Below, one piece after another: positions 1 through 18,151 of a stretch of 64,000 bases of DNA. Source of the stretch: the human T2T-CHM13v2.0 reference genome, Homo sapiens; assembly GCF_009914755.1 (NCBI RefSeq), contig NC_060926.1. The stretch is one strand, 5' to 3'. The first letter of the stretch is position 1, and each line of letters starts with the position of its first letter. Position numbers and translations under genes: made by a program. A model generated the notes under the pieces. It was not told the origin of the DNA. It saw nothing but the letters and a program-made list of their open reading frames with translations, and did not search any database.

Positions 1-280
1 AGTAATCATCAGATAAATATAAAAACCACAATGAGATATAGTTTCACATCTGTTAGCATGGCTATTATCAAAAAGACAAGAGATAGCAAGTGTTGGTGAG
101 AGTCAAAATTAAAACTCTTGTGACCCAGTGGTTCCTTTTCTGATTATATGCCCCAAATTAATGGAATCAACACCTTGTAGACATTTCTACACTCTGATGT
201 GCATCACAGCTTTATTCACAATAGCCAAGATAAGGAAACAACGTAAGTGTTCATCAATAGATAAATGGATAAAGAAAATG
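1..280 (+). mobile_element. Old L1MA-type LINE, end of ORF2; upstream piece of an element split by later insertions
   Basis: AAAACCACAATGAGATA...GCTATTATCAAAAAGACAA and TTATTCACAATAGCCAAGATA; translation ALFTIAKIRKQRKCSSIDKWIKKM resembles the L1 ORF2 C-terminus. Confidence 0.85.
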
Positions 281-283
281 GTA

Positions 284-317
284 TCTGTCTGTCTATCCAT
301 CCATCCATCCATCCATC
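284..317. repeat. (TCTG)/(TCCA)n simple repeat, partly the L1 target-site duplication
   Basis: tctgtctgtctatccatccatccatccatccatc. Confidence 0.8.
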
Positions 318-528
318 TTTTTTTTTCATTATTGTACTTTAAGTTTTAGGGTACATGTGCACACTGTGCAGGTTTGTTACATATGTATACATGTGCCATG
401 TTGGTGTGCTGCACCCATTAACTCGTTATTTAGCATTAGGTATATCTCCTAATGCTATCCCTCCCCCCTCCCCCCACCCCACAACAGGACCCAGTGTGTG
501 ATGTTCCCCTTCCTGTGTCCATGTGTTC

Positions 529-4352
<3,824 letters not shown>

Positions 4353-4415
4353 TATGATGTTAGCTGGTTATTTTGCTGGTTAGTTGATGCAGTTTATTCC
4401 TAACATCGATAGTCT

Positions 4416-5426
4416 TCACAATTTGGCATGTTTTTGCAGTGGCTGTTACCGGTTGTTCCTTTCCATGTTTAGTGCTTCCTTTAGGAGCTCTTTTAGGGCA
4501 GGGTGGTGACAAAATCTCTCAGCATTTGCTTGTCTGTAAAGTATTTTATTTCTCCTTCACTTATGAAGCTTAGTTTGGCTGGATATGAAATTCTGGGTTG
4601 AAAATTCTTTCCTTTAAGAATGTTGAATATTGGCCCCCACTCTCTTCTGGCTTGTAGAGTTTCTGCCGAGAGATCAGCTGTTAGTCTGATGGGCTTCCCT
4701 TTGTGGGTAACCTGACCTTTCTCTCTGGCTGCCCTTAACATTTTTTCCTTCATTTCAACTTTGGTGAATCTGACAATTATGTGTCTTGGAGTTGCTCTTC
4801 TTGAAGAGTATCTTTGTGGCGTTCTCTGTATTTCCTGAGTTTGAATGTTGGCTTGCCTTGCTAGATTGGGGAAGTTCTCCTGCATAATATCCTGCAGAGT
4901 GTTTTCCAACTTGGTTCCATTCTCCCCGTCACTTTCAGGTACACCAATCAGACGTAGATTTGGTCTTTTCACATAGTCCCATATTTCTTGGAGGCTTTGT
5001 TCGTTTCTTTTTATTCTTTTTTCTCTAAACTTCTCTTCTTGCTTCATTTCATTCATTTGATCTTCCATCACTGATACCCTTTCTTCCAATTGATCGAATC
5101 AGCTACTGAGGTTTGTGCATTTGTCACATAGTTCTCGTGCCGTGGTTTTCAGCTCCATCAGATCCTTTAAGGACTTCTCTGCATTGGTTTTTCTAGTTAG
5201 CCATTCGTCTAATTTTTTTCAAGGTTTTTAACTTATTTGCCATGGGTTCAAACTTCTTCCTTTAGCTCAGAGTAGTTTGATTGTCTGAAGCCTTCTTCTC
5301 TCAACTCGTCAAAGGCATTCTCCATCCAGCTTTGTTCCGTTGCTGGCGAGGAGCTCTATTACTTTGGAGGATGGAGGCCCTCTGATTTTTACAGTTTCCA
5401 GTTTTTCTGCTCTGTTTTTTCTCCAT
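4416..5426 (-). pseudogene. L1 ORF1 (RNA-binding chaperone), disrupted
   Basis: ATG at 5426; ORF 4493-5089 contains QEIWDYVKRPNLRLIGVPE, ARREW and YPAKLSF. Confidence 0.9.
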
Positions 5427-6003
5427 CTTTGTGGTTTTATCTACCTTTGGTCTTTGAGGATGGTGATGTACAGATGGGTTTTTGGTGTGGATGTCCTTTC
5501 TGTTTGTTAGTTTTCCTTCTAACAGTCAGGACCCTCAGCTGCAGGTCTGTTGGAGTTTACTGGAGGTCCACTCCAGACCCCGTTTGCCTGGGTATCAGCA
5601 GCAGAGGCTGCAGAACAGTGGATATTGGTGAACAGCAAATGTTGCTGCCTGATCATTCCTCTGGACGTTTTGTCTCAGAGGAGTACCTGGCCGTGTGAGG
5701 TGTCTGTCTGCCCCTACTGGGGGGTGCCTCCCAGTTAGGCTACTTGGGGGTTAGGGACCCACTTGTGGAGGCAGTCTGTCCGTTCTCAGATGTCAAGCTG
5801 CGTGCTGGGAGAACCACTGCTCTCTTCAAAGTTGTCAGTCAGGGACATTTAAGTCTGCAGAGGTTTCTGCTGCCTTTTGTTTGGCTATGCCCTGCCCCCA
5901 GAGGCAGAGTCTAGAGAGGCAGGCAGGCAGGCCTCCTTGAGCTGCAGTGGGCCACCTAGTTTGAGCTTCCCGGCCACTTTGTTTACCTACTTAAGCCTCG
6001 GCA

Positions 6004-6220
6004 ATGGTGAGCGCCCCTCCCCCAGCCTCACTGCCACCTTTCAGTTTGATCTCAGACTGCTGTGCTAGCAATGAGCAAGGCTCCATGGGCGTAGGACCCC
6101 CCCGAGCCAGGAGCTGGATATAATCTCCTGGTGTACTGTTTGCTAAGACCATTGGAAAAGCGCAGTATTAGGATGGGAGTGACCCGATTTTCCAGGTGCC
6201 ATCTGTCACCCCTTTCTTTG
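6004..6220 (+). pseudogene. L1 antisense ORF0 remnant, frameshifted
   Basis: ATG at 6004 reads MVSAPPPASLPPFSLISDCCASN; a C7 run shifts frame to TAA at 6121-6123; EKRSIRMGVTRFSRC continues in another frame. Confidence 0.75.
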
Positions 6221-6485
6221 ACTAGGAAAGGGAATTCCCTGACCCCTTGCACTTTCCAGGTGAGGCGATGCCTCACCCTGCTTCAGCTCATGCTCGGTGT
6301 ACTGCACCCACTGTCCTGCACCCACTAGCTGACACTCCCCAGTGAGAAGAACCTGGTACCTCAGTTGGAAATGTAGAAATCACCTGTCTTCTGTGTCGCT
6401 CATGCTGGGAGCTGTAGACTGGAGTTGTTTCTATTCAGCCATCTTGGCTCCACCCACCCATCCATCCATCTTAAAAGAGAAAGAG

Positions 6486-7310
<825 letters not shown>

Positions 7311-7339
7311 CTTAAATTAATGATACTATCCTCAAAAAA

Positions 7340-7603
7340 GAATCTTGTAATAAATCAGCACTGGTAAGTAAAATTGTTTCCCTGGGTTCTTTGAGCCATT
7401 CTAGCAAATCAAACCTGAGAAGGGGGTCATAGGAACCTCTAATTTGTAGCCAAGTCAGCAGACGTGGATAACCTGGCAACCTACTCCTTGTGGTTTGCTT
7501 CTGAAGTGGAAGACAGTTGCATGGGGTCAAGTCCTTAACCTGTGGGGTCTCCACTAACCTCAGTTAGTGTCAGAATTGAATTGAATTGCAGGACACCCAG
7601 TTA
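7340..7603 (+). mobile_element. MER21-like LTR fragment
   Basis: TTCTAGCAAATC...GGGGGTCATAGGAACC and GTCAGAATTGAATTGAATTGCAGGACACCCAG. Confidence 0.65.
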
Positions 7604-7607
7604 GATA

Positions 7608-8194
7608 CAATAGTCCTACCTTATTCATGGTTTTACTTTTTGTGGTTTTAGTTACCCGGAGTCAACAGCAACCTAAAAATATTAAATAGAAAATTTCAGA
7701 AATAATTAATAGGTTTTAAATTATGAGAAACATGACAAAATCTCGCTGTCACATTCCATCCCATCCTGGATGTGAATCGTCCCTTTGTCTAGCATCTCCA
7801 TACTGTTGATGCTCCTCTGCATGTGAGTCACTTAGTAGCCTTCTCCATTATCAAACTGACTGACATAGTATTGCTGTGCTTGTTTCAAGTAACCTTTATT
7901 TTACTTCATGATAGCCCCAAAGTGCAAGGGTAGTGATGCTGGCAATTTGGATATGCCAGAGAGAAGCCATAAGGTGCATTCCTTGTGTAAAAATGTAAAA
8001 GTTCTCAACATAGGGGGAAAAAATGTATGCTGAGGTTGCTATGATCTACACGAGAATGAAGTCTTCTATGTGTGAAATTTTGAAGAAGAAAGAGAAATTT
8101 GTGCTTAATATATATGGGGCTTGGTACCATCCATGGTTTTAGGCATACACCAAGGGTCGTGAAACGTATCCCCCGCTGATAAACGGGACTGCTG
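7608..8194 (+). mobile_element. MER44 (Tigger7-derived DNA transposon)
   Basis: Diverged terminal inverted repeats CAATAGTCCTACCTTATTC and GATAAACGGGACTGCTG; internal GTTACCCGGAGTCAAC. Confidence 0.75.
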
Positions 8195-9239
8195 CAATTG
8201 CTAGGTGGGGAAACACACTCCACCTGGTCATGTTATTGGAATACATTCTGATTTTTAAAAATTCTGCCATGAATTTGATAACCATTTTAAATGGACTTGT
8301 AGTTTATTAACCACAATTGCATGTAAATGTATTTGAAAAAATTAGTTTCCCATACATGTACAATACATATAATTTATTCAGTCAACTCACAGTGATTGAT
8401 GTATATTTGTATTTGCAGCCCATAGCTTACAAACACTGAGCTACAAAGAGACCATTTTCCAAATCATGCAATCTCCACACCACTGACTGGAATAAAAATG
8501 AAGGAAACATAAATGGAGGAAACAGTAGCTCCCTATTACCTACTCAAAGCTCTTTCTCACTTATTTCCTTACTTGGGCCTTCAAAGGTGAGGAAAGCGGA
8601 CCCCTCACTGCCTAACAGATTATAAAATTGAAAATTTACAATGTTTTATGTAACATTTCTTCTGTGAATAAGTAATCCAAGTTTTCTAAAAAGTAACTCA
8701 TGAATTACTATAAATAAAAGTCACCCATAAATCTATATCACATAAAGAAAACCAAACTGTCCATAATTTGAGATACTTTCTTCCATTGTTGGAGAGTGTG
8801 TATGTGTGCATACACACACAAAATCATGCATGAGTTGTAAATTGTATCCTAATGTGTTTACAATTTTACGATCTCCGTTTTCATGCCAATTAACATTTAT
8901 TAAAAACACGAGATTTTAAAGATTGTGTAATTACTATCATACAGGTGTACTATTCTCCTGCCATTGCACATTAGGGCTTAGCCCAATTGTCTGGCTACTG
9001 TAAGTAATGCACATTTATGAATAAAGTTTTGTTCAAACTGGATTATTTTCTTGGAATAGATTCCCGTATGTAAATGTATAAATCAACTGGTACGAAATAT
9101 TTTATTACTCTTTATTCAAATTGCCTTTTAAAAGGTTTATGCCAAAACTATACTGTATTTCCATCATTGATATATGAATATGTAGTATGTTAACACACTC
9201 ATATATACTTAATATTCATTGCATGCTTTTAAGTTCATA

Positions 9240-9420
9240 GAAGGCCCTTTCAAGTATTATCTCATTTATTCCTCCATGACAATCAATAAAGTTTAATATC
9301 TCCACTTATATAGAAGGAATCTAAGGCAATAGTAAGTTAAATAATTTGCCCAAAGTTTCTGCTACTAAGTGGCGTGGCAAAGACTTAACTTTGAAGCCTG
9401 TCGCTTCTCCTAAACCAAAT
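9240..9420 (-). mobile_element. MIR fragment
   Basis: TATCTCATTTATTCCTC...AAGTTAAATAATTTGCCCAAAG core. Confidence 0.6.
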
Positions 9421-9609
9421 TGCTAAATGAGAAAATCTGTAGTATAAAGAGTTTATAACTTTTCTAACATTAAACAGGTGGTTAGAGATCTGGGATAAGC
9501 ATCTACATCTATTTCAACCAAGTTGAGCCTCTCTCTTTTTCTTTAATTCACCTTTATCTCTTATGTATGTATTGATTCTTGTTATTCTATGACTAATTTA
9601 AAAAACTGG

Positions 9610-9610
<1 letters not shown>

Positions 9611-9649
<39 letters not shown>
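9611..9649. repeat. (TG)n microsatellite, about 19 units
   Basis: Read directly. Confidence 0.95.
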
Positions 9650-9652
<3 letters not shown>

Positions 9653-12600
9653 TATATGTGTGTTTAATTTAGAAGGTCAATCCTTAAACATTAAAACCTT
9701 AAAACTCAATCTATTTATGTTTGTTCTAAGGCATTACTTGTCCAGAATCATTAGGGTGTATCCTGCTAGTTGCCATTAGCTTGATTATTATTTGTTCAGA
9801 CTTTTCCAAAAATTGACTCATATAAACCCTTCTCCGTTTCCTCATTACACTTCCCTGCCACCCCGAGTCTTTCCTGAAAGATAAATCACATTATTTTTTG
9901 GCAATGGTTTTGTAATGGGGAATTTAGCACAAGACTAAAATTGACTCTGTGCAAAATTAGCTGGCCCTGATTCTTATGATTCAGTTTACCAAACAGCTAT
10001 GTTAATGGACCTAGACAATGTCAGAAATACCTGTGTCAGCTCTGTTGCAGAAGCCAGGGAAAATGACCATGACAGGGAAAACCTACTCTCATTAAGTTTG
10101 CTGCTTTTTTTATTTAATGAAGAAGATTATTTTTCCTTTTGTGAAAAACACTGGGCAAACATATGTAAATGTTTTGATCATCTCTTCCCATTGGGTAAGT
10201 ATGCCTAAGCAGGAGCAAAAGGCAGAGGAAAAGAAGCTCATTTCCTGAAATGGAATACTGTCTAGATTTGGCTCTATAGCCCAGAGGATGATTGGGATGT
10301 GTATTGTTCTTGGATGCCTCTGAAGTGAAGACCAAAGGGAAAGAATTCAGAAACCTTGAACTGGAAGGGTTGGTGTTACTCATCCTCTGATGACTGTCTT
10401 CAAAGTCAACAAAATCAAACAGCTGGACTTGAGAGGAGTCATATTTGTGGGGAAAAGACCAGGTCATTCTTGAGTGCCCCCTTGATTTTTACTTTAGCTG
10501 CTTTATTTTAACTTTGTTCTTGCAAGGATCACCTATTTTAATGAGTCTTAGTCCTATCAACATTTGCAACTGTCTCATTGAGAATCTCCTTTTGGTGGAA
10601 GTGTGAGTGGGTGGGGTGGGCTGAGAATATTGTCTCTGCCTAGTCTCTTAGTAAACATTTGGATTACATTTTATTTTTGGACCCTAAGCTCCCAATTTTC
10701 AGAGACTATCTTCTTTTTGGTATGTGATTTTGACTGCAAAAAAAGTAGTTTAGTCCAATATTTCCCACCCTAAATCAAATTTTTGAGAACCATAAGTAGG
10801 CCATTAAAAACTTTATACTTTTCCAGTGAGATTAGGAGGGAAATGTTCCAATAAGTTCACACCATTGTTTTAATGTCTCTGAGTGATCCCATGAATAAGC
10901 TAAGAATCACACAACCTCTAGGATGAATATGACCTGGAGTAAGAAAGAAAAATTTAAAACTAAGAAAAATTTATTTTAGAAACAATTGAATTCTCATCCC
11001 CAGGAGTATAATACATGTGGTAATATTTCTCACAGATATGGAATCATTGTTTCTCATAATTCTTTTCATAGTTATTGATCTTCCTTGCCACTACCTCAAC
11101 TATGAGACTTATGGGTTTTTCTTTCATGTAACCATTAGTCCTTGTTCTGGTCCATATATTTTAGTGGCTATCATAGCTACAGATAATGAGCTTTAGCACT
11201 AAGAAGCCGTTGGAAGGATATAGCAATTACTTGGTCTAGTGAGTGAGCATAGTTGTGTTAGCTATAGCTCAAAGAAGATTATGTGATTAATGTTTATTTG
11301 CCAAATAGGATGGGAGAAGGATTGTAGTAAAGGCAAATAAAACATTTTTTTCCTTAATAAATCTATATGGGATTAATAATTAGTTCTATATGTGTAAATG
11401 TTACTTACTCTTGGTAACATATTTGTATTGAAGAAGAACAGTGTAGAAGACAATTTTTATAATTCATCTCCACAATAAGGAAGGTCTGTTAAAGCAAAAA
11501 CTAAATGACTATGTCCATAAAGGAGAACCCCAGGAAATCAGAAATGGCACTAGAGTCCTTATTTTCCTGGGAATTTACAAAGCTGATTCACGTTTTAATC
11601 TTTAATATGGTAAGGAGATGTTACTGAGATTGCTAAAGTCCATGTCTGACAAACTACATTGATATTTTAAATCAGTAAATCTCACTGTGCTTCAAAGAGG
11701 CAGCAATCTAAGTAAGATACATATGATTTAGGGAGGTGTGTGTGCAGTTATATATTTGTTTCCTATTGGAGAAGATTAGGCTTTAGTGAATGGGTCTTAT
11801 TCCATGGTAAACTGTCGGCCCAGGGGATTTCTAATCTTTAAGCCTGGAATAGACACACTCTTGGCTGACATGTTCCTGGAAGAGGGATGATTAATGGAAC
11901 TAATTTTAAGAACACGTCTATCTTTTAAAACAAACAAAAAAATCTACATGTGGTATTATTGGCAAGTTGCTTGCATGATGAGTCTTAACAGAGTTCTTTC
12001 CACATGGATTACCTGAATAAATGAAGCAAGGAAGAGAGAGCACTAGCTTGTACTGAGCAACTACTGGATATAATAATATATTCTAAAATAGCAAAATATT
12101 GCACATTATGATACTGGTATAAAAATGGATCAGTTTGTTAGAGTATGAATTCCAGAAAAAGAATTAATTTAATGTTTCAAGGAACACTTCCAACAAGAAG
12201 AAATTAAGGATTTTTCATTAAATGGTGATCTGATAGATAGCAGTTTTGAAAATGAAAAATTATATTAAAGATTTCTGTGTTGATGATCAAGGATTGATAC
12301 AATTACCTCCACTCTTTAGTAAGGCACTGAAAGATTTTCTAAGCATAAAAATGCAAAAGGACAAAAGAAATGAGAAATTGCATTAGCAACAAATTTTTGG
12401 AAGATAGAAATTAAAAGATGAGTGCTAAGACATTTAACTGACCTGAGAATACTGAATCTTAAGTCAGCAATGGAGAAAATTGAGCAGCTACTCAATCTGT
12501 ACCGCAGATCTCACAAGAGGCTCAGAAATTGTCAGCACCACGTATCTCTGGAGAGGACAGGATGGAGTGTATGAAGAGGTTGTTGAAAACAGGAAGTTGG

Positions 12601-13934
12601 ATTCAATTATTTTTTTAGACTCAGTTAAATCACCAGATTCCTCATCCTCTGTGCAGCTGGAAGAGTTGTTGTCCCTCACCCTGGCAGAAGACTGGAAGTT
12701 TATTCTCTAGAGAGGTAAAGTTGAGTGTCTCTGGGTTGGGAGTATCAGACACATTTTGAAGGAAGGCAAATCTTATTGCAGATTGAGGGATTTAGTTAAA
12801 GCTTGCCTACTGAATGTTAGGTGCTCCCATACCATTCTTCTCCCACTCTGCTCTCAGAAAGCAAAAGAGCCTGTCTTATGCTTTTCTTAAAATACTTGAA
12901 GATTATTCTATGCAGAATGTAAATGGTCAGTAAGAAAAGACTAAAGTCAATGCTTTCTTCAGTGTCACAGCCCAGTCAGATCACTCTTTAAAGTGAAGCC
13001 CAAAGTTGACAAGCACACACAGTGCTGAGAAGTGCCAACCAGCCTGTAGAGATCACCAGATATTTTAACAAAACCTCTAACCTAAAAGTTAGAGACTAAC
13101 ATAAATAAACAGAAAATAACAATGTTGGTGGAACAGATTATACAGAGAGCTAAAAAATTAAAAACACAATTATTTCCCAAGTAGCTATGAGACAATATTG
13201 TATCAATGAAACAAGAATAATGTGCTTCAAAAAGGGAGAATATGACTCAAGAAAAAACGTCCCGAAAATTAAAAACAAAATACAATAAAATAGTTCTAAA
13301 ATAGAAGTTTTAGAAACCAACATTAAGATGTTCTCTCAGAAAGTAAAACAAACAGCAATGGTAAATAGGAGAGAAAAAATGGTAGAGGATTATCTCAGGA
13401 GTGCCAATATTTGAAATTATAGTTCTAAATAGACAAAATACAAAAAAGGAACATAAAATAATCAATAAGTATCTCCCAGAATTGGAGAGAATGAGTTATA
13501 GAATTATAAGAAGTGCCTAGCAAAATAGATTAAAATATGAGCACATCCTGTCATTTCATACTGCCAGTGCCCAAGATAAGATCCTGAACCTTTTGGAGAG
13601 GAAACAAAAATCAGATATACTAAAGATTATGAATAGAATGCTTTTGGACTCTGCAGAAACAGACCAATGTCTTCAAAACTTCTAGGAAAAATGTTTCCCA
13701 ATCTAGAATTGTGTACTCAAACTGTCAAGTAAATGTGAGAGTAGAATAAAGACATTTTAGGACAGTCAATATTACCAAAAATGTGCCTCCTACTTACCTT
13801 TTCTCTGAAAGCTACTTTAGGATTTTCTCTGCCAACTTAGAAAGTAAAAGCAAGAAAGAAGATAAATGATCTGGGAAACAGGATCTCACTGTAGCAAGTG
13901 GTAAAAAGAATACCCTCGATGATGATATGCACCG

Positions 13935-14740
13935 ATTTGTAGTATTTAGTAAATATCACTTTCCTTTCCCTATCTCCAAACTCCTGTGTCCTCAAACGTT
14001 CTTCAGTGGGCAGATCTCTGCAAACCTACCCCTAAAGTTAGAGGAAACTGAAAAGCAGAAGAAAGAGGCTGACAAATCAATTTTTTTAGTAAGAAATATT
14101 TAATAGGGCCTTACAAACAGAAGCCATGCTGTCCCCAGTGGCAACGAGATGAGATAGTGGGTCCCCATGCCATTAACCCCAGATCTGAGGCTTATATACC
14201 ATAGGGAAAGGGTATATGTGGTTCAGAAGGAATGTGTAGGACACCTGAAGTATGATAACATCAAGATTGTTTTGACCTAAGGGAAGAGTTTACAATAAGT
14301 ATGTGTTCTTACACAAGGCACAACAGATAGACTGGAAATCTTAGAGGCCTTCCTGGAACAGAGGTGAATCAGAAGTCAACGTGGCAGATTAGCATCCAAG
14401 ATGGAGTTGCTTTAGCTTCCACATCAAACTCCCATGCATTAAAGTGTGGCCTCTGGACTGTCTTGTGGATGGAATGGATTGTGCTACTTTCTTGCTACTG
14501 TTTTCAACAAATGATTTTGCCTCTTCTGGCTCCCCTTAAGATAGCTGGATGCAGGTTATGACTAGGCCCCAGTAGATGGTAGATTCACAAGATTAAAAAT
14601 AAAAACCTGGATCCATAAATCACCACATGGAGAAGAGGCACCCACTAACCAAGGATCACCATCTTGGATTGTTTCGTGAGCAGGAAATAACTTTCTATTC
14701 TGGAAGTCTGTTTATCATTGCAGCCTACCCTAACTACTAG
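13935..14740 (+). mobile_element. Old MLT1-type LTR hosting the 13997-14423 insertion
   Basis: 3' end GTGAGCAGGAAATAACTTTCTATT...TTTATCATTGCAGCCTACCCTAACTA. Confidence 0.5.
13997..14423 (-). mobile_element. Solo ERVL-class LTR (LTR47-like)
   Basis: Minus strand starts TGTGGAAGCTAAAGCAACTCCATCTTGGATGCTAATC; 5-bp TSD TCAAA at 13992-13996 and 14424-14428. Confidence 0.7.
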
Positions 14741-16355
14741 GAACAGTAAAGGAAATACTAGGATAAAACTATGTAATAGGCCTAGAGAGTAACCAGTCCA
14801 GATTAGAGCAAGTCAGAGGCTCTGGAAGAAAAGTTTTCCAAGAAGATGAAGCAGATAGAAAACTGGATGTATTTGAACACTGGGGAAAAGTTTAGGGGTG
14901 AATTAGTCATAATAACACAGGCAACAAGGAAAATAAAAGTAAACAACACATCCACTGAATCTAGGGAGAAGGAAATTTATGCAAGATAGGAAAAGTAATT
15001 ATACCTTGCTGCATGGCTCAATTGTAAATAGCATTTACATAACCTTAGTAGACTGGTCTAAGCAACATAAAATTGTAACTTTATCGGGGGGTTAGAAGTC
15101 TGGAGGCATGCATGTGTATAGTAATGTGGGAGGAAGAAAGAGAGTTAAGTCTGTATGTCCCATCTTGGGAAGTCAATAGATTATGCCTAAAACTGATAAA
15201 TCAAGAATGGCTATTTGTAAGCATTTCATATATATAGAGAGATTAATACCAAGAAAAAATAGCTACAAGTGTCAACAGTGCATAACACTGAAGAATAAAA
15301 ATATTGAAAGGATATCAGCAGGGGCCTTATATTTTATAATAAGCCACATAGATTTATTTTGCTGTTTAAATTCTATGTCTGTATAAAATACATTAAAACA
15401 AAAAACATACATTTTAAAAAGTTAGATCCACACTCTTTATAAAAATATTCAGATGTATTAGAAATAGAGCTATAACATTAGAATAAAGTTCAATCAGAGT
15501 GAAGCAGAAAACAGATAGGAGTGAGGGGATTCTGCTGCTCAAAGCTACAGAAGAAAATGAAGCGAAAAACATCTGTCTAATAAAAAGCTAAAACTAAATA
15601 AAAATCTGAAACTTTATCAGTTATGAAACTAAGTTTTATTATAAAGTAGCTCATTCAAATTATGAAAACTATCAAGACCTCGGGAGATGAATTTTAAAAA
15701 TATTATATGACAAACTAGAATGGGCTAATTGTTAAAAAGATAAAATTTTCTGTTAAGTGAAAAAAGGAAGATTTACCTTTATATGTAACCAACTTAAAAA
15801 TCGTAACTCTAAATATTCTTGGAATTATGATAAGCTTGTGTTGTATATGTAGACATTGCCAGTCTCAATGCAAAATTTTATGTCTATTTGAGAAGAATGA
15901 GATAATTAACAGCACTAAACATGTGGAATCTTCAAACTCTATGACAAAGTTTCAGAGATCTGAGAATTTATCCTAAGTAAATAATCAAGCAAAGAAAAAA
16001 ATCATGCATAGTAAGATAAAGGTGAGATAAATTATAATTCCTTACCCTATAGAGTGGCAACCTAATTATAAGAACCATGCCACAACTCGATCAGATTATT
16101 ATACAATAAATATCAAAATATATAAGACAATTCTGTAGTTGTGATTTTTATATAAAATGCAAATGCATATGGACACAATTGTCAAAATTCATAAATTTGA
16201 ATGAATGACTTTAGGGTGCTGGCCTGTGAAATGACATTTTGTATCTTAATTTTTTTTTAATGTTACAAAACAGGTTTGAAGTTTAAGTGTTATCTGCAAC
16301 ACTTGCTGGTCAGTTTAGAAAAAGTACATATATTTTAGAGCCTTATTTTTTCCAT

Positions 16356-16494
16356 TTGAGAATAATTTTTAAAAAATAATGTTTGCTCACCTATCCCTGA
16401 GCATTTTCCTGAGAATCCAATGCTATAATGTGTATGAAAGCACTTGGTAAATGCAAAGCACTTTATTAACAGATGAAGTTATTGTTATCATTTT
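16356..16494 (+). repeat. 139-bp MIR-like segment, duplicated at 18776-18914
   Basis: Manual alignment, 4 mismatches. Confidence 0.9.
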
Positions 16495-16818
16495 CATCAG
16501 TAAACCATTGAGAACAATGCTTTGGCAGGATTTTTTCTTCTCTCAACCACAGACAGAGCTTTATCTCCCTGCCTCCAGATGTGACACATTAGAAGTTACT
16601 TGAGCTCAAGGTCATTTTTTAACTTTGGCTCCTTAGAGAAGCAATGGAATAAACCAAAGATCAATGTGAATGTTTTCCAATAAAATCATCCAAAAGGAAT
16701 ACCCAGGGAGGGATGGAAAGCATTCCAAGGACCCCACAGGAAGAACAAGTTTTTGATAGCTCTGGACTGCTCTAATAAGATTGCCTTAGCCATTGTCCAG
16801 CTTTCCATTGGGAAAGAC

Positions 16819-16882
16819 TTTCCTTGGTCAACTCCTATTACATTTCAATGTTTCCTTGGTCAACTGCTATTACATTTCAGTG
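16819..16882. repeat. 32-bp tandem duplication
   Basis: tttccttggtcaactcctattacatttcaatg / tttccttggtcaactgctattacatttcagtg. Confidence 0.85.
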
Positions 16883-18151
16883 TCTTTGAGGGGCTCAATC
16901 AGAGGGCCTCAATCAAATAACTTAAACTTAAAATATTTAGGCCCAATCATTACTACAGACCAGGATCAAATTGGAGTTCTTTTTACATAATTAAAAATAT
17001 GTATCAATAATTTTTCAACTTGAGAACCTCCCTGAATTCAACAATTAAAGTTTAGAGATAACTGTTTGGGAATTCTAGTTTGATCTGTTTATAGAAATTA
17101 AATACAGGAAGGCCAGAGACTACCTCAGTTGCCATTCTCATGGTTTGTTGTGTCAGGAACATAAAAAGTATGTGAAAATATGTACTGAAGTTGCTCAGTC
17201 ATTATTTCTTAAGAATATTATTGTAACATGAGCTTTGTTAAAGTCTTTTTTATTTGCCATCTCTGTCTCCTTCAGTAAAATGTCCGTTCATGTTTTTTGC
17301 TCATTTCATAGTTGGACTTTTTGTTGTTTTGATGCTGAGCTTTGAAATACACAGCACTAACCCTTTATGCAATATGTGGCTTGCAAATATTTTATGCCAA
17401 TTTTGTGAGAGGCTTAATCAATTTTATTGATTTTTTCCAAGTATCAGGTTTTGCTTTCAGTGATTGTTTTTATGTAGTTTTCCTGTTTTACATTTAATTG
17501 ATTTCTCTTCTTATTTTTATCATTTCCTTCTTGTTTGCTTTATTTTATTGTGCTCTTCGTTTCTAGTTTCTTAAGATAGATACCTGGTTATTAGTTTGAA
17601 CTCTACTCATTTTCTAATGTAAGCATTTGGGGCTATACATATCTGTGTCAGCCCTCCTTCAGCTGCATCCCACAAATTTTGTTATGTTTTATTTTCATTT
17701 TATTCAATTGCTTGCATTTTAAATTTTATTTTAGACTTTCTCTGTGACCCATGAGTTGTATAGAAGTGTGTTTGTAAACTTCCAAGTGTTTGAGGCTTTT
17801 CCTGTCATCTTTCTGTTATTGCTTTTGATTCAATTATGGTTGGAAAAAATGTTTTATAGGATTTTAATTCCTCTAAGTTTGTAAATGTTTGCTTTATGAG
17901 TGAGGATACAGTCTATCTTAATGAACATTTCATGAGTACTTGAGAACAATGTGTACTCTGCTGTTGGGTGGAGTATTCAATAAATGTCATTTAGATCCTG
18001 TTAATTGATGGTCTTTTTCAGTTATTCTATATCTTTGCTAATTTTCTGTCTAGTGGCTCCATCGGTTGCTGAGAGTAGGGTGTTGAAGTCCCAACTATAA
18101 CTGTGGATTTATCTTTTTATATGTCCAGCTCTATCAATTTTTGTTTCATGT

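Larger units (their letters stand above)
12280..15410 (+). mobile_element. HAL1-like (half-L1) element, interrupted by LTRs
   Basis: ORF1-like decay (TCTAGAATTGTGTACTCAAACTGTCAAG...AATAAAGACATTTT) followed, with no ORF2, by HAL1-type tail motifs GTTTAGGGGTGAATTAGT and CATGGCTCAATTGTAAATAGCATTTACATA. Confidence 0.6.
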
